From positions 62,001-126,000 of IMG/VR virus record IMGVR_UViG_3300030041_000009: DNA of 64,000 nt. One strand, 5' to 3'. Below, one piece after another: positions 49,783-59,418 of this stretch (positions are counted from its first letter, which is position 1; every line of letters begins with the position of its first letter). Made by a program: the position numbers and the translations under genes. A model generated the notes under the pieces. The model made no database searches. It was not told where the DNA came from and worked only from the letters and a program-made list of their open reading frames with translations.

Positions 49783-51591
49783 AGTTAATAGCTATCAGTT
49801 TTAATATAATATATAAACTTTTATGATAAAAACTGATATAATAATTTTATTATATAGTACAAATATACTATTAAATTTTGATTCTACCAAATAAACGATT
49901 TAAATAAATGTTAACTATTAAATTAAAAATAAAAGAGTGCTTACAAGCAGAGATAATAGATCAATATTGTTCTGACTACACTGGTTTGTTTTATACTCTT
50001 TATAATCATTTTGATTTAATTGATGATGATTATATAAAATCACTATTAAATAATTCTGTGTTAGACAAATCCATGTTTGATTGTTGTATTTCTGATGTGA
50101 AAACAAAACTTAAACAGCACGAAGCAACCAAAGAAAAGAAATCAAAAAAGATAATTGATATTCAGAAATGTCTTGATAATAACGAATTCAAAACAAAAAA
50201 GGAAAAACGTAAAAAATATAATTTAATAAATAATCTAGCAAGAATTAAACGAAATATAAACAATAATATTACATTTGGTGGTAAAGCACTACAACGTGAA
50301 ATCACGAAATTACATTTAAATATTTATAAAACTGAGCTACAGCTAACAAAGATTGATATTAAATCAACAGATTACAAGAAATTTCTTGAATATAAGAAAG
50401 AATTAATAGAAAGGTTAGGGCTCAAGAAATTAGAGTTCACATCAAAACGTAAATTAGGAATTTATTTAATCGGACGTGCCTGTGAAAAAGGTAACAGAAA
50501 AATTGATTTCGATCTAATTAATAATAAAATCACTTTCAAACCATCAAGAGATTTTAAAATTGATATCACTTTTAAAACTAACGGCAAAAAACAAAAAAAT
50601 AAATTAATTAAAATTCAAGAAATGTCTAACCTGAATTTAATGCCAGTGACCATAAGATTATCAAACGAATATATTCATTTATCTTATGACGAAGAGTTAT
50701 TAAATGGTTATGAATTCAATCAATTGGACTGCAAGAAAGAACAGTTACTTGCGTTAAGCAAAGAAAGTAAAAAGGAAATTTATATAAAGCATAAGAATGA
50801 ACAAAATGATAGAAAAAAAGTAGGTAAGCTATCAAATCGTTACATGGCGGTTGATTTAAATCCAAAGTTTATCGGTTTAAGTATATTTGATGACATTAAT
50901 GATGAGCAGAAATTAATTCATGTTCAGTGCTTTATTTTATCTGAGTTAAGTACGAAATTAAGTTTAAGCTCTTCAGACAAGAAACAAGTTAAACAAAATG
51001 ATAAAAGAAAACATGAAATAAAAGAAGTCTGGAAACAAATATTCATGATGTGTAAGCACTTCAGAGTGTATAATTTTGTGATGGAAGATCTTGATTTTAA
51101 AGATAAACAATCAAAAGATACAGTAGGTAAAGAGTTAAATAAACAAACTAAAAATCTATGGCATCGAACTTTAACGACCAACTTGATTACTAAATATTGT
51201 AATGAAAATGGCTTAAATAAAATAGAGGTAAACGCTGCTTATAGTAGTTTTATCGGAAATATGATACATACCTTCTTTGACCCAATTTCATCTAGCATTG
51301 AAATTGGCAGTAGAGGGATGAATAAATTTAAAAAAGGTAGTTCTATATACCCGTGTATGAATTTAATAAATCAAGAGAAATTGTTTTATCTACTTGGTGA
51401 GAATATCAACACAACACAGGATAATTGGATTCAATTATATAGAAAGACCAACCAACTGAAGTATCGGAACATGTTATTAAAAGATGATGTGTTAATAGAC
51501 TATCACTTAGGAAATTGTAAAAGTAAAGTTAGAATTGTTACCCAACAAATCTAATAAAATACTACAAATTACTATATTTTAGTTACCTCAT
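49783..51591 (+). mobile_element. Non-autonomous tnpB-only element (IS200/IS605/IS1341- or IS607-derived), 1809 bp
   Basis: TCAT at both junctions (49779-82, 51588-91); removal restores the ORF; subterminal inverted repeat 49793-49802 / 49829-49838. Confidence 0.85.
49908..51554 (+). CDS. tnpB: TnpB RNA-guided nuclease (large, lacks Zn finger)
   Basis: MAVDLNP, VMEDL, VNAAYSSFIG..DP; homologous to 16643. Confidence 0.85.
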   Translation: MLTIKLKIKECLQAEIIDQYCSDYTGLFYTLYNHFDLIDDDYIKSLLNNSVLDKSMFDCCISDVKTKLKQHEATKEKKSKKIIDIQKCLDNNEFKTKKEKRKKYNLINNLARIKRNINNNITFGGKALQREITKLHLNIYKTELQLTKIDIKSTDYKKFLEYKKELIERLGLKKLEFTSKRKLGIYLIGRACEKGNRKIDFDLINNKITFKPSRDFKIDITFKTNGKKQKNKLIKIQEMSNLNLMPVTIRLSNEYIHLSYDEELLNGYEFNQLDCKKEQLLALSKESKKEIYIKHKNEQNDRKKVGKLSNRYMAVDLNPKFIGLSIFDDINDEQKLIHVQCFILSELSTKLSLSSSDKKQVKQNDKRKHEIKEVWKQIFMMCKHFRVYNFVMEDLDFKDKQSKDTVGKELNKQTKNLWHRTLTTNLITKYCNENGLNKIEVNAAYSSFIGNMIHTFFDPISSSIEIGSRGMNKFKKGSSIYPCMNLINQEKLFYLLGENINTTQDNWIQLYRKTNQLKYRNMLLKDDVLIDYHLGNCKSKVRIVTQQI

Positions 51592-51785
51592 TTCATAATG
51601 GTAATACAATTGATTGGAGAAACGATTCTCCATCACGTGAAGTATTATATAAATACAAAAAACTTATTTTGAAGTATGAAAAAGATGAAATAATAAGAAA
51701 AAAAGAAGCTGATATGTTGAAATATAATAATTGTTTACCAATTAAATTAGTTAGAAAAGAAAAATTAAAAAATATTAAAAAATAA
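51592..51785 (+). pseudogene. 3' half of gene split by the tnpB element
   Basis: Encodes FHNGNTIDWRNDSPSREVLYKYKKLIL...CLPIKLVRKEKLKNIKK. Confidence 0.85.
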
Positions 51786-51790
51786 TAAAA

Positions 51791-52306
51791 ATGGGTTTAG
51801 ATATATCATATTATAGTAAAATTAAAATATCAGAAAGTAATGACGATGATGACGATAATTATATTGAAAATCATAAATATTTCATATATCAATTAGGTTC
51901 ATTAAAAAATGGTCAATGTTATCATGAAACAGATGAATCTGAAAGTGACTCTTTTCATGTTGGATCATGTTCAGGTTATGGTGTTTGGAGAAAGAATTTA
52001 TTAGAAATGCTAGGATATATTAGTATGCAAGATGTATTTAATGATTTTGATACAAATATTAGAAAAATTAAATTAGATGAAATTAATTCAGGAGAAAAAT
52101 ATGTAGCTAAATCTTTTTATGAAATTATAATATTCAGTGATTGTGAAGGCGTTATAGGACCTGAAATATCAAAAAAACTATATGAAGATTTTGTTGAATT
52201 TGATAAAGTAGCAATTAGTCAAGGAGATTATTTTTATGATATTTATTCTAAATTTAAAGAAGCATTTAGAGTAGCATCAGATAATGGACTTGTTTGTTTT
52301 AGTTAA
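51791..52306 (+). CDS. Conserved phage hypothetical protein
   Basis: MGLDI..GS.SGY..WR..FSDCEGVIG...KKLY.DF. Confidence 0.6.
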   Translation: MGLDISYYSKIKISESNDDDDDNYIENHKYFIYQLGSLKNGQCYHETDESESDSFHVGSCSGYGVWRKNLLEMLGYISMQDVFNDFDTNIRKIKLDEINSGEKYVAKSFYEIIIFSDCEGVIGPEISKKLYEDFVEFDKVAISQGDYFYDIYSKFKEAFRVASDNGLVCFS

Positions 52307-52327
52307 GAATATTAAAAATAGAGAGAT

Positions 52328-52693
52328 TTAAATATCTCTATTTTTATTTATTAAATTAAGTTCATCTAACCATTTTATAAAATTCATTCTATCTTCAGGT
52401 GTACCTCTAAAAAATTTACCTCCAAGATTAGTATATGATTTATTTTCTTTACTATATTTTAAAATTTCAAAATATCCAAGATCTTCATCTTTATCATAAT
52501 TCAATGATATTTTTATTTTAAAAAATTTTTGAGCTGGATGAAAAAAATTATGTTCATACCATAAAGATTTCCAAGAATAACAATCATACCATAAAGATTT
52601 CCAAGCTTTACCTGCTTGAGAATATGACATTTTATACTGCTTAATTTCTTTCTCTGTGTATTGATCTAATTCAAAAAATTTTAAGTGCTTCAT
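52328..52693 (-). CDS. CTS-like leader protein with internal WKSLWY duplication
   Basis: MKHLKFFE; promoter-like motif upstream. Confidence 0.55.
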   Translation of the reverse strand: MKHLKFFELDQYTEKEIKQYKMSYSQAGKAWKSLWYDCYSWKSLWYEHNFFHPAQKFFKIKISLNYDKDEDLGYFEILKYSKENKSYTNLGGKFFRGTPEDRMNFIKWLDELNLINKNRDI

Positions 52694-52837
52694 ATCTGTA
52701 TATATTAAATATTTTTTAAATTATATCTTGATTAATTTCTTGTTTAAATATATTATTTAATATTTTTGATTTTATTATTTCTCTATTATATTTATTTTTA
52801 AAATCATCATCTATATAATCTTTTTCTAAATGATCAT

Positions 52838-53143
52838 TCATATCAAATTTTTTAATTTTAATTTTCTAAATATTTTTATATGATATTCAATTATAAATTT
52901 TTTAAAATCTTCAAAATTAAAAAATTCTTTTGTATAGACTTTAATTTCATTTGTTATTTGGTAGTACCTATTAAATGAAATTATTTTATCCCAATCATTT
53001 ATTATATAAAAATTTATATTAATATAGCCATCTTGTTCAAATAGCATGAAATTATTTGTTTTATTTTTATAGCCTATAGATTCAATTAATTTTATGCATT
53101 TTTCATCATAATATTCTCTATATTTAAAATCAATCATATTCAA
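52838..53143 (-). CDS. Small RKxKL-tagged protein
   Basis: Ends FRKLKLKNLI. Confidence 0.55.
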   Translation of the reverse strand: MNMIDFKYREYYDEKCIKLIESIGYKNKTNNFMLFEQDGYININFYIINDWDKIISFNRYYQITNEIKVYTKEFFNFEDFKKFIIEYHIKIFRKLKLKNLI

Positions 53144-53375
53144 TCATTATATTTGTAATTATATATTATTATTGTTATGATTTGTTTTGATATATTATGC
53201 TATAACTGTTTATAATTTATAAAAAATATTAAATAATTTTTTTATTAAAATAAAAATATCTACTTTTGTAATCATAAAAAACTAAATATAGTTGATTAAT
53301 TATTATTAACTTTTTTATATCAGTTATTATATATATCTTTGTAGTGTAAAAATTATTCATTAAAAAAACATTAAT

Positions 53376-53894
53376 ATGAAATTAACAGAAAGAATTGAAA
53401 TTAAGAAATCTTATTTTAAAGTCAAGAAACAAAAATTTCGTCGTGACACACAAAAATTTGCAATTAAACTTATTAGGTTTTTTACAATTAGTGATAATAA
53501 GATTAATAAAGTAAATAATAGTGAAAATGAAGTAGTAAGTCTATGTAGACGACTTATTAGAGATAATGATTCAGTATTATCAATGACTTCAAAAACACTT
53601 AAAAGAATTATAGACAATAAAATAACTGGAACATATATTATTATTAGAAATATGCAAGTTCTTGTTTACCATAAAGAAACTGCATATCCACCAATTATTA
53701 TTTCAGATAAAAAATATTTATATCTTCTTGAAATATTTGATATTAAAAAAGAAGAAATTGAAAATGAAAAAGAAAAAGAAATTGATAATAAAGTTAAAAA
53801 TTCATTCAAAATGATTTATGCTAATATCGTTCAAACTGATTTAATCGAACAAGAAAGAAAAAATAATGAAATTAATAACATCAAAAATAACTAA
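53376..53894 (+). CDS. Hypothetical protein
   Basis: ORF downstream of TATCTTTG (53334-41). Confidence 0.55.
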   Translation: MKLTERIEIKKSYFKVKKQKFRRDTQKFAIKLIRFFTISDNKINKVNNSENEVVSLCRRLIRDNDSVLSMTSKTLKRIIDNKITGTYIIIRNMQVLVYHKETAYPPIIISDKKYLYLLEIFDIKKEEIENEKEKEIDNKVKNSFKMIYANIVQTDLIEQERKNNEINNIKNN

Positions 53895-53897
53895 AAA

Positions 53898-54194
53898 ATG
53901 AAAAAAATTAATAAAAATAAATTCAAATCTTTATATTATATAGGATTAATTTTTTATTCTGCAGTTGTATTTTTTGCTGCTGTTATTATTATATCTTTTG
54001 TTATATTTTCTTATAATAAAATTGAAGATAAACATAAAGCAGAAGTTGAAGCAAAAGAAGCAGCAGAAAAACCTGTAATTCCAATTGTTAAACAGATAAT
54101 TTATGATACAATTCCTGTATATGATACTATAAGACCTGTAAAGCATCATAAGTTTTTTGTACCTATTGTTAAAAATAAAAAAGATAGTTTATAA
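53898..54194 (+). CDS. Single-TM membrane protein
   Basis: Hydrophobic residues 12-38. Confidence 0.55.
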   Translation: MKKINKNKFKSLYYIGLIFYSAVVFFAAVIIISFVIFSYNKIEDKHKAEVEAKEAAEKPVIPIVKQIIYDTIPVYDTIRPVKHHKFFVPIVKNKKDSL

Positions 54195-54197
54195 TAT

Positions 54198-54258
54198 AAA
54201 AAGTCAGTTTACAAACTGACAAAATATTAAAAAAGTCAGTTTTTAAACTGACTTTTTT
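54198..54258. terminator. Double hairpin, bidirectional terminator
   Basis: gtcagttt..aaactgac twice, the second flanked by A6/T6. Confidence 0.8.
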
Positions 54259-54317
54259 GTTTATATCATAAATACACTTCAATAGGATTATCTGGAAAGT
54301 CTAATAATTTATTTAAA

Positions 54318-54857
54318 TTAAATATTGACATTTTTTAATGATATTAATTTTAATTTTCTTTGATCAATTCTAATTCTATCATTAAGATTTATGATAGTTT
54401 TTTCATAATCAATTCCTTCTTTTCTTCTGTAAAAAATTCCAGTTAGTTCATCTCGTCCTGATTTTTTATTTGTTAACTCTTTATAGAAAAAAATTTCTCT
54501 TGACTTAAAGAATTCTAATTTACGACAACCTTTTGTACTCATTATATCATCAACTACTAATTTACCATCAATATAAAATTTATTAATATTAAATTGAGTT
54601 GGACTAAATTCACTAGTAACATTATATTTTATCATAGCAGGACCATACAAATTATGAAGTTTACCATGATTTAAGTAGTACTCATAGTCATCAAATAATA
54701 TATGAGTAATATCCTTCAAATTGAATTCAATGTACTCATATAAAGAATAAAATGACTCAAAATCTTTTTTATATAATCTACCTGTTACGGAATCTATAGA
54801 TAAAAAAGAATCAAAATCAATCTTACATTCAACATCTAAAAATTTATACATTATCAT
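54318..54857 (-). CDS. Protein with LH..GPA motif and RKxKL tail
   Basis: GKLHNLYGPAMI; QRKLKLISL. Confidence 0.55.
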   Translation of the reverse strand: MIMYKFLDVECKIDFDSFLSIDSVTGRLYKKDFESFYSLYEYIEFNLKDITHILFDDYEYYLNHGKLHNLYGPAMIKYNVTSEFSPTQFNINKFYIDGKLVVDDIMSTKGCRKLEFFKSREIFFYKELTNKKSGRDELTGIFYRRKEGIDYEKTIINLNDRIRIDQRKLKLISLKNVNI

Positions 54858-55122
54858 TTAATAACTTATTTAATTTATATTTTCTTGCATCTTGATTATC
54901 TCCAAAATATTCATAAAAATAAAAATAAACACTATATTCATCATATTCATCATCTAATGAAAATGATATTTCACTAATTTTATCATTAAGTATAATTGTA
55001 ATAACACTATCATATATATGAGTTAATTTATAATATTTTCCTTTTTCTAATTCAGGAAAATTATTAAGAGTTGTATTTAATGTCTTTTTACAAAAATATA
55101 ATTCATTAATCTTAGGATGCAT
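54844..55122 (-). CDS. Distant member of the array family
   Basis: YFCKK...KGKYYK...FYEYFG...RKYKLNKL. Confidence 0.65.
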   Translation of the reverse strand: MHPKINELYFCKKTLNTTLNNFPELEKGKYYKLTHIYDSVITIILNDKISEISFSLDDEYDEYSVYFYFYEYFGDNQDARKYKLNKLLNDNV

Positions 55123-55366
55123 TTAATAACTTATTTAATTTTTCTTTTCTTTCTTCTTTAATAGTTCCAAAATATTCATAAAAATACAAATAACTCATAT
55201 GATTCTCTAATGAGAACACCATTTCACCAATATTAGAAATTATAACTACGTCACCATGATGACGATCTGAAACTTTATAATGTTTTCCTTTTTCAAAATA
55301 GTCATTATTAAATAAAAATTTCATTGCTTTCTTGCAATAATAATATTCATTAATCTTTGGACGCAT
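55112..55366 (-). CDS. Distant member of the array family
   Basis: YYCKK...KGKHYK...FYEYFG..ERKEKLNKL. Confidence 0.65.
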   Translation of the reverse strand: MRPKINEYYYCKKAMKFLFNNDYFEKGKHYKVSDRHHGDVVIISNIGEMVFSLENHMSYLYFYEYFGTIKEERKEKLNKLLNAS

Positions 55367-55649
55367 TTTCTAACTCACTTTTTAAATAATTAGCTAATCT
55401 TTGAATTTTATAAGCATCTTCAGGTTTAAAAATAAATTCATCAAATGCGCCATACCTACATCTATAACCAAAAATATATTTAATACCATATTTTAATCTA
55501 TTCCAAAATGATCTTCTATTTAATAATACATGAGCATAACATATAGGATCAATTTTACCTGATTCTGTTATATCTTCTTCATATAAAAATATAAGTTGAT
55601 GATCAGTTGAATGACAACTACAAATTAATATTTCTTCTTTATTTTTCAT
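55350..55649 (-). CDS. Phage hypothetical protein
   Basis: CSCHS..H...FW.RLK..IKYIFG. Confidence 0.55.
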   Translation of the reverse strand: MKNKEEILICSCHSTDHQLIFLYEEDITESGKIDPICYAHVLLNRRSFWNRLKYGIKYIFGYRCRYGAFDEFIFKPEDAYKIQRLANYLKSELENASKD

Positions 55650-55723
55650 GTTCTAATATTTTTTTTTATTTTTTTTTTTCTGTATTTTTCTTACAGTAAA
55701 CTTTATCTCTTCTTTTGTAATTA

Positions 55724-56008
55724 CTAACATTCTTTAATTATTTTTTCTAATTTATTTTTTCTAAATTCTTTTAAATCACAAAAATATGTATCAAAATCAT
55801 AATCTTCCATTCTTGGGGTGAACCAAAATGAATACCAACCATCACCATCACAACCATAACCATCATTAGTGTATTTTATTACAATAATATTATTATAATC
55901 TTTTTTCTCGTAAATAAAATATGAATAATTTTTTTTAAAAATCAATAGTTTATCAAACTCTCTGTAACAGTCCTTTATGCAAAAAACTTTATCGCCAACT
56001 TTATACAT
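55724..56008 (-). CDS. Distant member of the array family
   Basis: KVGDKVFCIKD...YF..KEFRKNKLEKI. Confidence 0.65.
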   Translation of the reverse strand: MYKVGDKVFCIKDCYREFDKLLIFKKNYSYFIYEKKDYNNIIVIKYTNDGYGCDGDGWYSFWFTPRMEDYDFDTYFCDLKEFRKNKLEKIIKEC

Positions 56009-56324
56009 TATTAATTATATTTTCTAATTTTTTCTTTCTTTTATTCTTAATCCAATCAGTTCTATTAAACTCAAATACAGATGGTATAATACTATGATCA
56101 TAATCAGTCATGATAATGTTACAATTTATTAAATCTAACCAACAATATGATATTCCTTTTTCTACATATCCATAAAATCCAGATATATATTTATTTGGTA
56201 TCTTAGGTATTTCAGATTCTGCTATTATTCTAAATTCATTTATTTTATTTGTAGGCTCAATATCTAAATTGAAACTAAAATAAATAAATTTACAATCATA
56301 AAACCATTCTTCTATCTCTTTCAT
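56001..56324 (-). CDS. Small RKxKL-tagged protein
   Basis: Ends KRKKKLENII. Confidence 0.55.
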   Translation of the reverse strand: MKEIEEWFYDCKFIYFSFNLDIEPTNKINEFRIIAESEIPKIPNKYISGFYGYVEKGISYCWLDLINCNIIMTDYDHSIIPSVFEFNRTDWIKNKRKKKLENIINNV

Positions 56325-56373
56325 ATTATATAAAGATAATGAAAAATAATGAACTATTATTCATTATTATTAA

Positions 56374-58008
56374 TTATGTTTTTAAAACTTTTATAGAATC
56401 TGTAAAGTGCTTAGGTAATATATTAGAATTATATTTTAATAAATCTGAAAAGTTTGAGTCTAATATAAACGTATCGCAGTAATCTGTTTCACTACGAATT
56501 CCTCTACCTACTTCTTGTATTGTTTGAACACATGCATTCCAGCTATACCATTCAGGCATCATTTTTTGTCTTGCTTTAATTTTTTTACTACCCAAATTTG
56601 CGAATGATATTTTTAACACTATTTGAAAACGAGCTAATTCATCATCTAAAGAAATTCCTTCCATCATAGATGGACTTACTAAAACTGTTGGAGCTGTACT
56701 TGTTAAATGTTTTTCAAGAATTTCATTTCTATCTTCAGTAGTGTGAAATAATAACCTTTCATCCATAATATTTTCTTTTAACCATTCTGTTATTTCATAA
56801 TTTGATGTGTGAATTATTCCTTTTTTGTTTTTATATTTAGCTAATATTTTTTTTATCCAAGGTATCTGATTCTTAAAAGTCTCTTCTTTACTATAAAAAG
56901 ACATTTTACCAAGTTTCATATAAAATATAGGATGATTTTTTAATTCAAAAGGAGAATCCATTTCATGATAACTTGTTAATTCTTCATCTAATCCATTAAT
57001 GAAACTAAACATTTTAGAATCGAGTACAGAAGCAGACATAAAAATTATATGATCGTATTTAGACCATACATATTGATTTAGGTACTCATAAACGAAAATA
57101 TGTTCAGTTACCAACTCTATCCCACTATAATTTTTTTCACTCTTATTTTTATTGATATCAAGAACTACATTATCTGGATCATTTTTATGTGAATCAAATA
57201 AATGTTTAAACGATAATAGTTTACTATCAATATTTTGTAAATATTTAGATAACTCTACTTTTTGTTTTGATTTTGATGATCCAGCAATATCAGATTCAAA
57301 TTGAGTTCTTTTTTTCTCTAACATTGGTATTAACTTTCTTTCTAAAAATTCTAAATATTTATCTAAAAATTTAATTTTTGAAATATATTTGCTATCAATC
57401 TCTTCAATTTCTTTTAATCCAAATCCACATCTTTTTAAAGTTTTTGAACTTAATTTTGAGGAAAGATAGGATGAGAAGGTTTCTTCGAATGATTGACACT
57501 CATCAATTATAAGTACATTACCATCTCTTCTTTTTAAAATATCAGGTTGAAATAATGATAATGTATCAAATAGATGAAAATTACTCAAACCTATATCTCC
57601 AGATATCCAGGAATTTTTAGCAATGTCATATGGACATTGATCACAATGTTTTTTCATTATAGCACAGAGTTCTTTAGCTGTACCGCAATCACAATCAAAA
57701 TCTTTACAATAATAGTTAGATTTGCCTCTATAATCATTTATGAACGGAAAATCTCTGATATACTGGCCTTGAAGTACCTTCGATGCTGTAAGAATATCAA
57801 ATTTGGCATCTGGATTCACGAATCCTTTATACCAATTGGCTAGCATTATGACCATGAATGACTTACCAACCCCAGTCGGCAAATTTTCTAAAATAAAACG
57901 TTTACCTGTCAATATACTATTTTTAATAAAATTTAGTCCATCAATTTGGTAAGATTTTGGTTCGTATTTGAGAGGAAAAAATATTTTTTTGTCGTCTATT
58001 TGAATCAT
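56374..58008 (-). CDS. dinG: DinG/XPD-family helicase with Fe-S cysteines
   Basis: PTGVGKS, NYYC..C..C..CPY, IIDECQ, SAS, EGISL, Q.VGRGIRS.TD. Confidence 0.85.
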   Translation of the reverse strand: MIQIDDKKIFFPLKYEPKSYQIDGLNFIKNSILTGKRFILENLPTGVGKSFMVIMLANWYKGFVNPDAKFDILTASKVLQGQYIRDFPFINDYRGKSNYYCKDFDCDCGTAKELCAIMKKHCDQCPYDIAKNSWISGDIGLSNFHLFDTLSLFQPDILKRRDGNVLIIDECQSFEETFSSYLSSKLSSKTLKRCGFGLKEIEEIDSKYISKIKFLDKYLEFLERKLIPMLEKKRTQFESDIAGSSKSKQKVELSKYLQNIDSKLLSFKHLFDSHKNDPDNVVLDINKNKSEKNYSGIELVTEHIFVYEYLNQYVWSKYDHIIFMSASVLDSKMFSFINGLDEELTSYHEMDSPFELKNHPIFYMKLGKMSFYSKEETFKNQIPWIKKILAKYKNKKGIIHTSNYEITEWLKENIMDERLLFHTTEDRNEILEKHLTSTAPTVLVSPSMMEGISLDDELARFQIVLKISFANLGSKKIKARQKMMPEWYSWNACVQTIQEVGRGIRSETDYCDTFILDSNFSDLLKYNSNILPKHFTDSIKVLKT

Positions 58009-58045
58009 TTAATTGTAATTTTATTTATTGTATATAAAAATATTA

Positions 58046-58946
58046 TTATTGTTTATTCCAATTCATATAATCATAAATCTTATCTTTCCAATTATTTCTA
58101 ATCATTGATTTATAAGCGCCAGAACTATTTAATAATTTTTTATTATTTATTTTTATTGTTTCATTCAAACAATTTTCATAATTCCAATAACCTTTAGGTT
58201 TTGTTTTATTTTCCATGTGTGAACATATATCATCAATCCAACCATTTTTTAATGCTGATCCAGCAGCACTTGCATATTTTAAGTAAAATTCACTTTTAGT
58301 TTTGCATTGTAATGCAACTTCTTGACATTTTTCTTTTGTCCATATTAAAGTAATTCCTCCTAAACTTCCTGTTTTCGCTGTATTTAAAATAATCCAACCA
58401 TTTTTTTTTATATATTTCTAAATGTGTTTCTTCCATAATTTTTGCATCACTAATATTTAAATAATCTGTTAATTGAATAAGTGTTGGATTTAATTTAAAT
58501 TCTTTAAAATATTTATATACAATACTATTATTATATTCATTGAAATGTCTACTATTTCTATTTTTTAAATTATATGTCAAGCCAACATATACATTCTTAT
58601 CACTAAATTCATAAGAATATATACATCTTAAAAAATCGTTAGGTTGTATCATATGAGAACAAATTTCATCTATCCAGTTATTTTTTATAGAAACGTTATG
58701 AGCAGCATAATATTTTTCACCAAATTCTTTTCTATTTTTACATTTTAATGCTAGTTCTAAACATATTTCTTTTGTCCAATAATCTTCATGATGTTTTAAT
58801 TTAATCATATGTGAACAAATATCGTCTAACCATTTATTTTTTGCAGATGCGAAATACGCAGAGCCAGAATTTAAACTAAAGCTACCTCTTGTATTATATT
58901 TCAAAGCTTCTTCTTTACATTTTTCATAAGTCCATTTTAATTTCAT
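58046..58946 (-). pseudogene. GIY-YIG homing endonuclease with WTKEKC repeats, frameshifted at an A9 tract
   Basis: CIYSY..VYVGLT; removing one A at 58401-58409 gives YKKNGWIILNTAKTGSLGG and further repeats to a stop at 58046. Confidence 0.8.
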
Positions 58947-59125
58947 AGTATAATATGTTTATTTTTTAGTTCATCTTTAAATTTTAGATCTTTACAGAGT
59001 TCTTCTATTATGCTATATTCTAAAAATTTTGATTTATTTGTAAAATTATCATCTATTTGTTTAATAATATTAACGTCTAGTGATATAGATATCGACAATT
59101 TTCTATTTTTCTTTGGTGATTTCAT
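58943..59125 (-). CDS. Ribbon-helix-helix-like protein
   Basis: KLSISISLD...NKSKFLE. Confidence 0.6.
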   Translation of the reverse strand: MKSPKKNRKLSISISLDVNIIKQIDDNFTNKSKFLEYSIIEELCKDLKFKDELKNKHIIL

Positions 59126-59259
59126 ATATTTTAGTTATTTTTCTTCTATATATAAATAACTTAAGGTCGTAAATTGCTATATTTTTACTAAAATCTTACT
59201 ATATAAAATTTAAAATAACTTTTTAAATTATTTTTCATATAATAGATAAAAATTATATT

Positions 59260-59418
59260 ATGCGGAAAAAGATACCTGATGATCAAAAAAGGAAGAAGAT
59301 TTCATTTTCGATAGATCCAAGGGTTTATGATATGTTTGTTAGATATTGTGAGCAGAATGAGATTGAGAATTATTCTGGATATATTGAGAAGATAATAATT
59401 GAAAAATTAAAAATTTAA
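59260..59418 (+). CDS. 52-aa ribbon-helix-helix-like protein (not in ORF track)
   Basis: MRKKIPDDQKRKKISFSIDPRVYDMF...NYSGYIEKII. Confidence 0.65.
   Translation: MRKKIPDDQKRKKISFSIDPRVYDMFVRYCEQNEIENYSGYIEKIIIEKLKI

Noticed and set aside
56374-58008. Calling DinG a type IV CasDinG
   Set aside because: Not adjacent or co-oriented with the Cas7-like ORF, and stand-alone DinG helicases occur in large phages; kept only as speculation.
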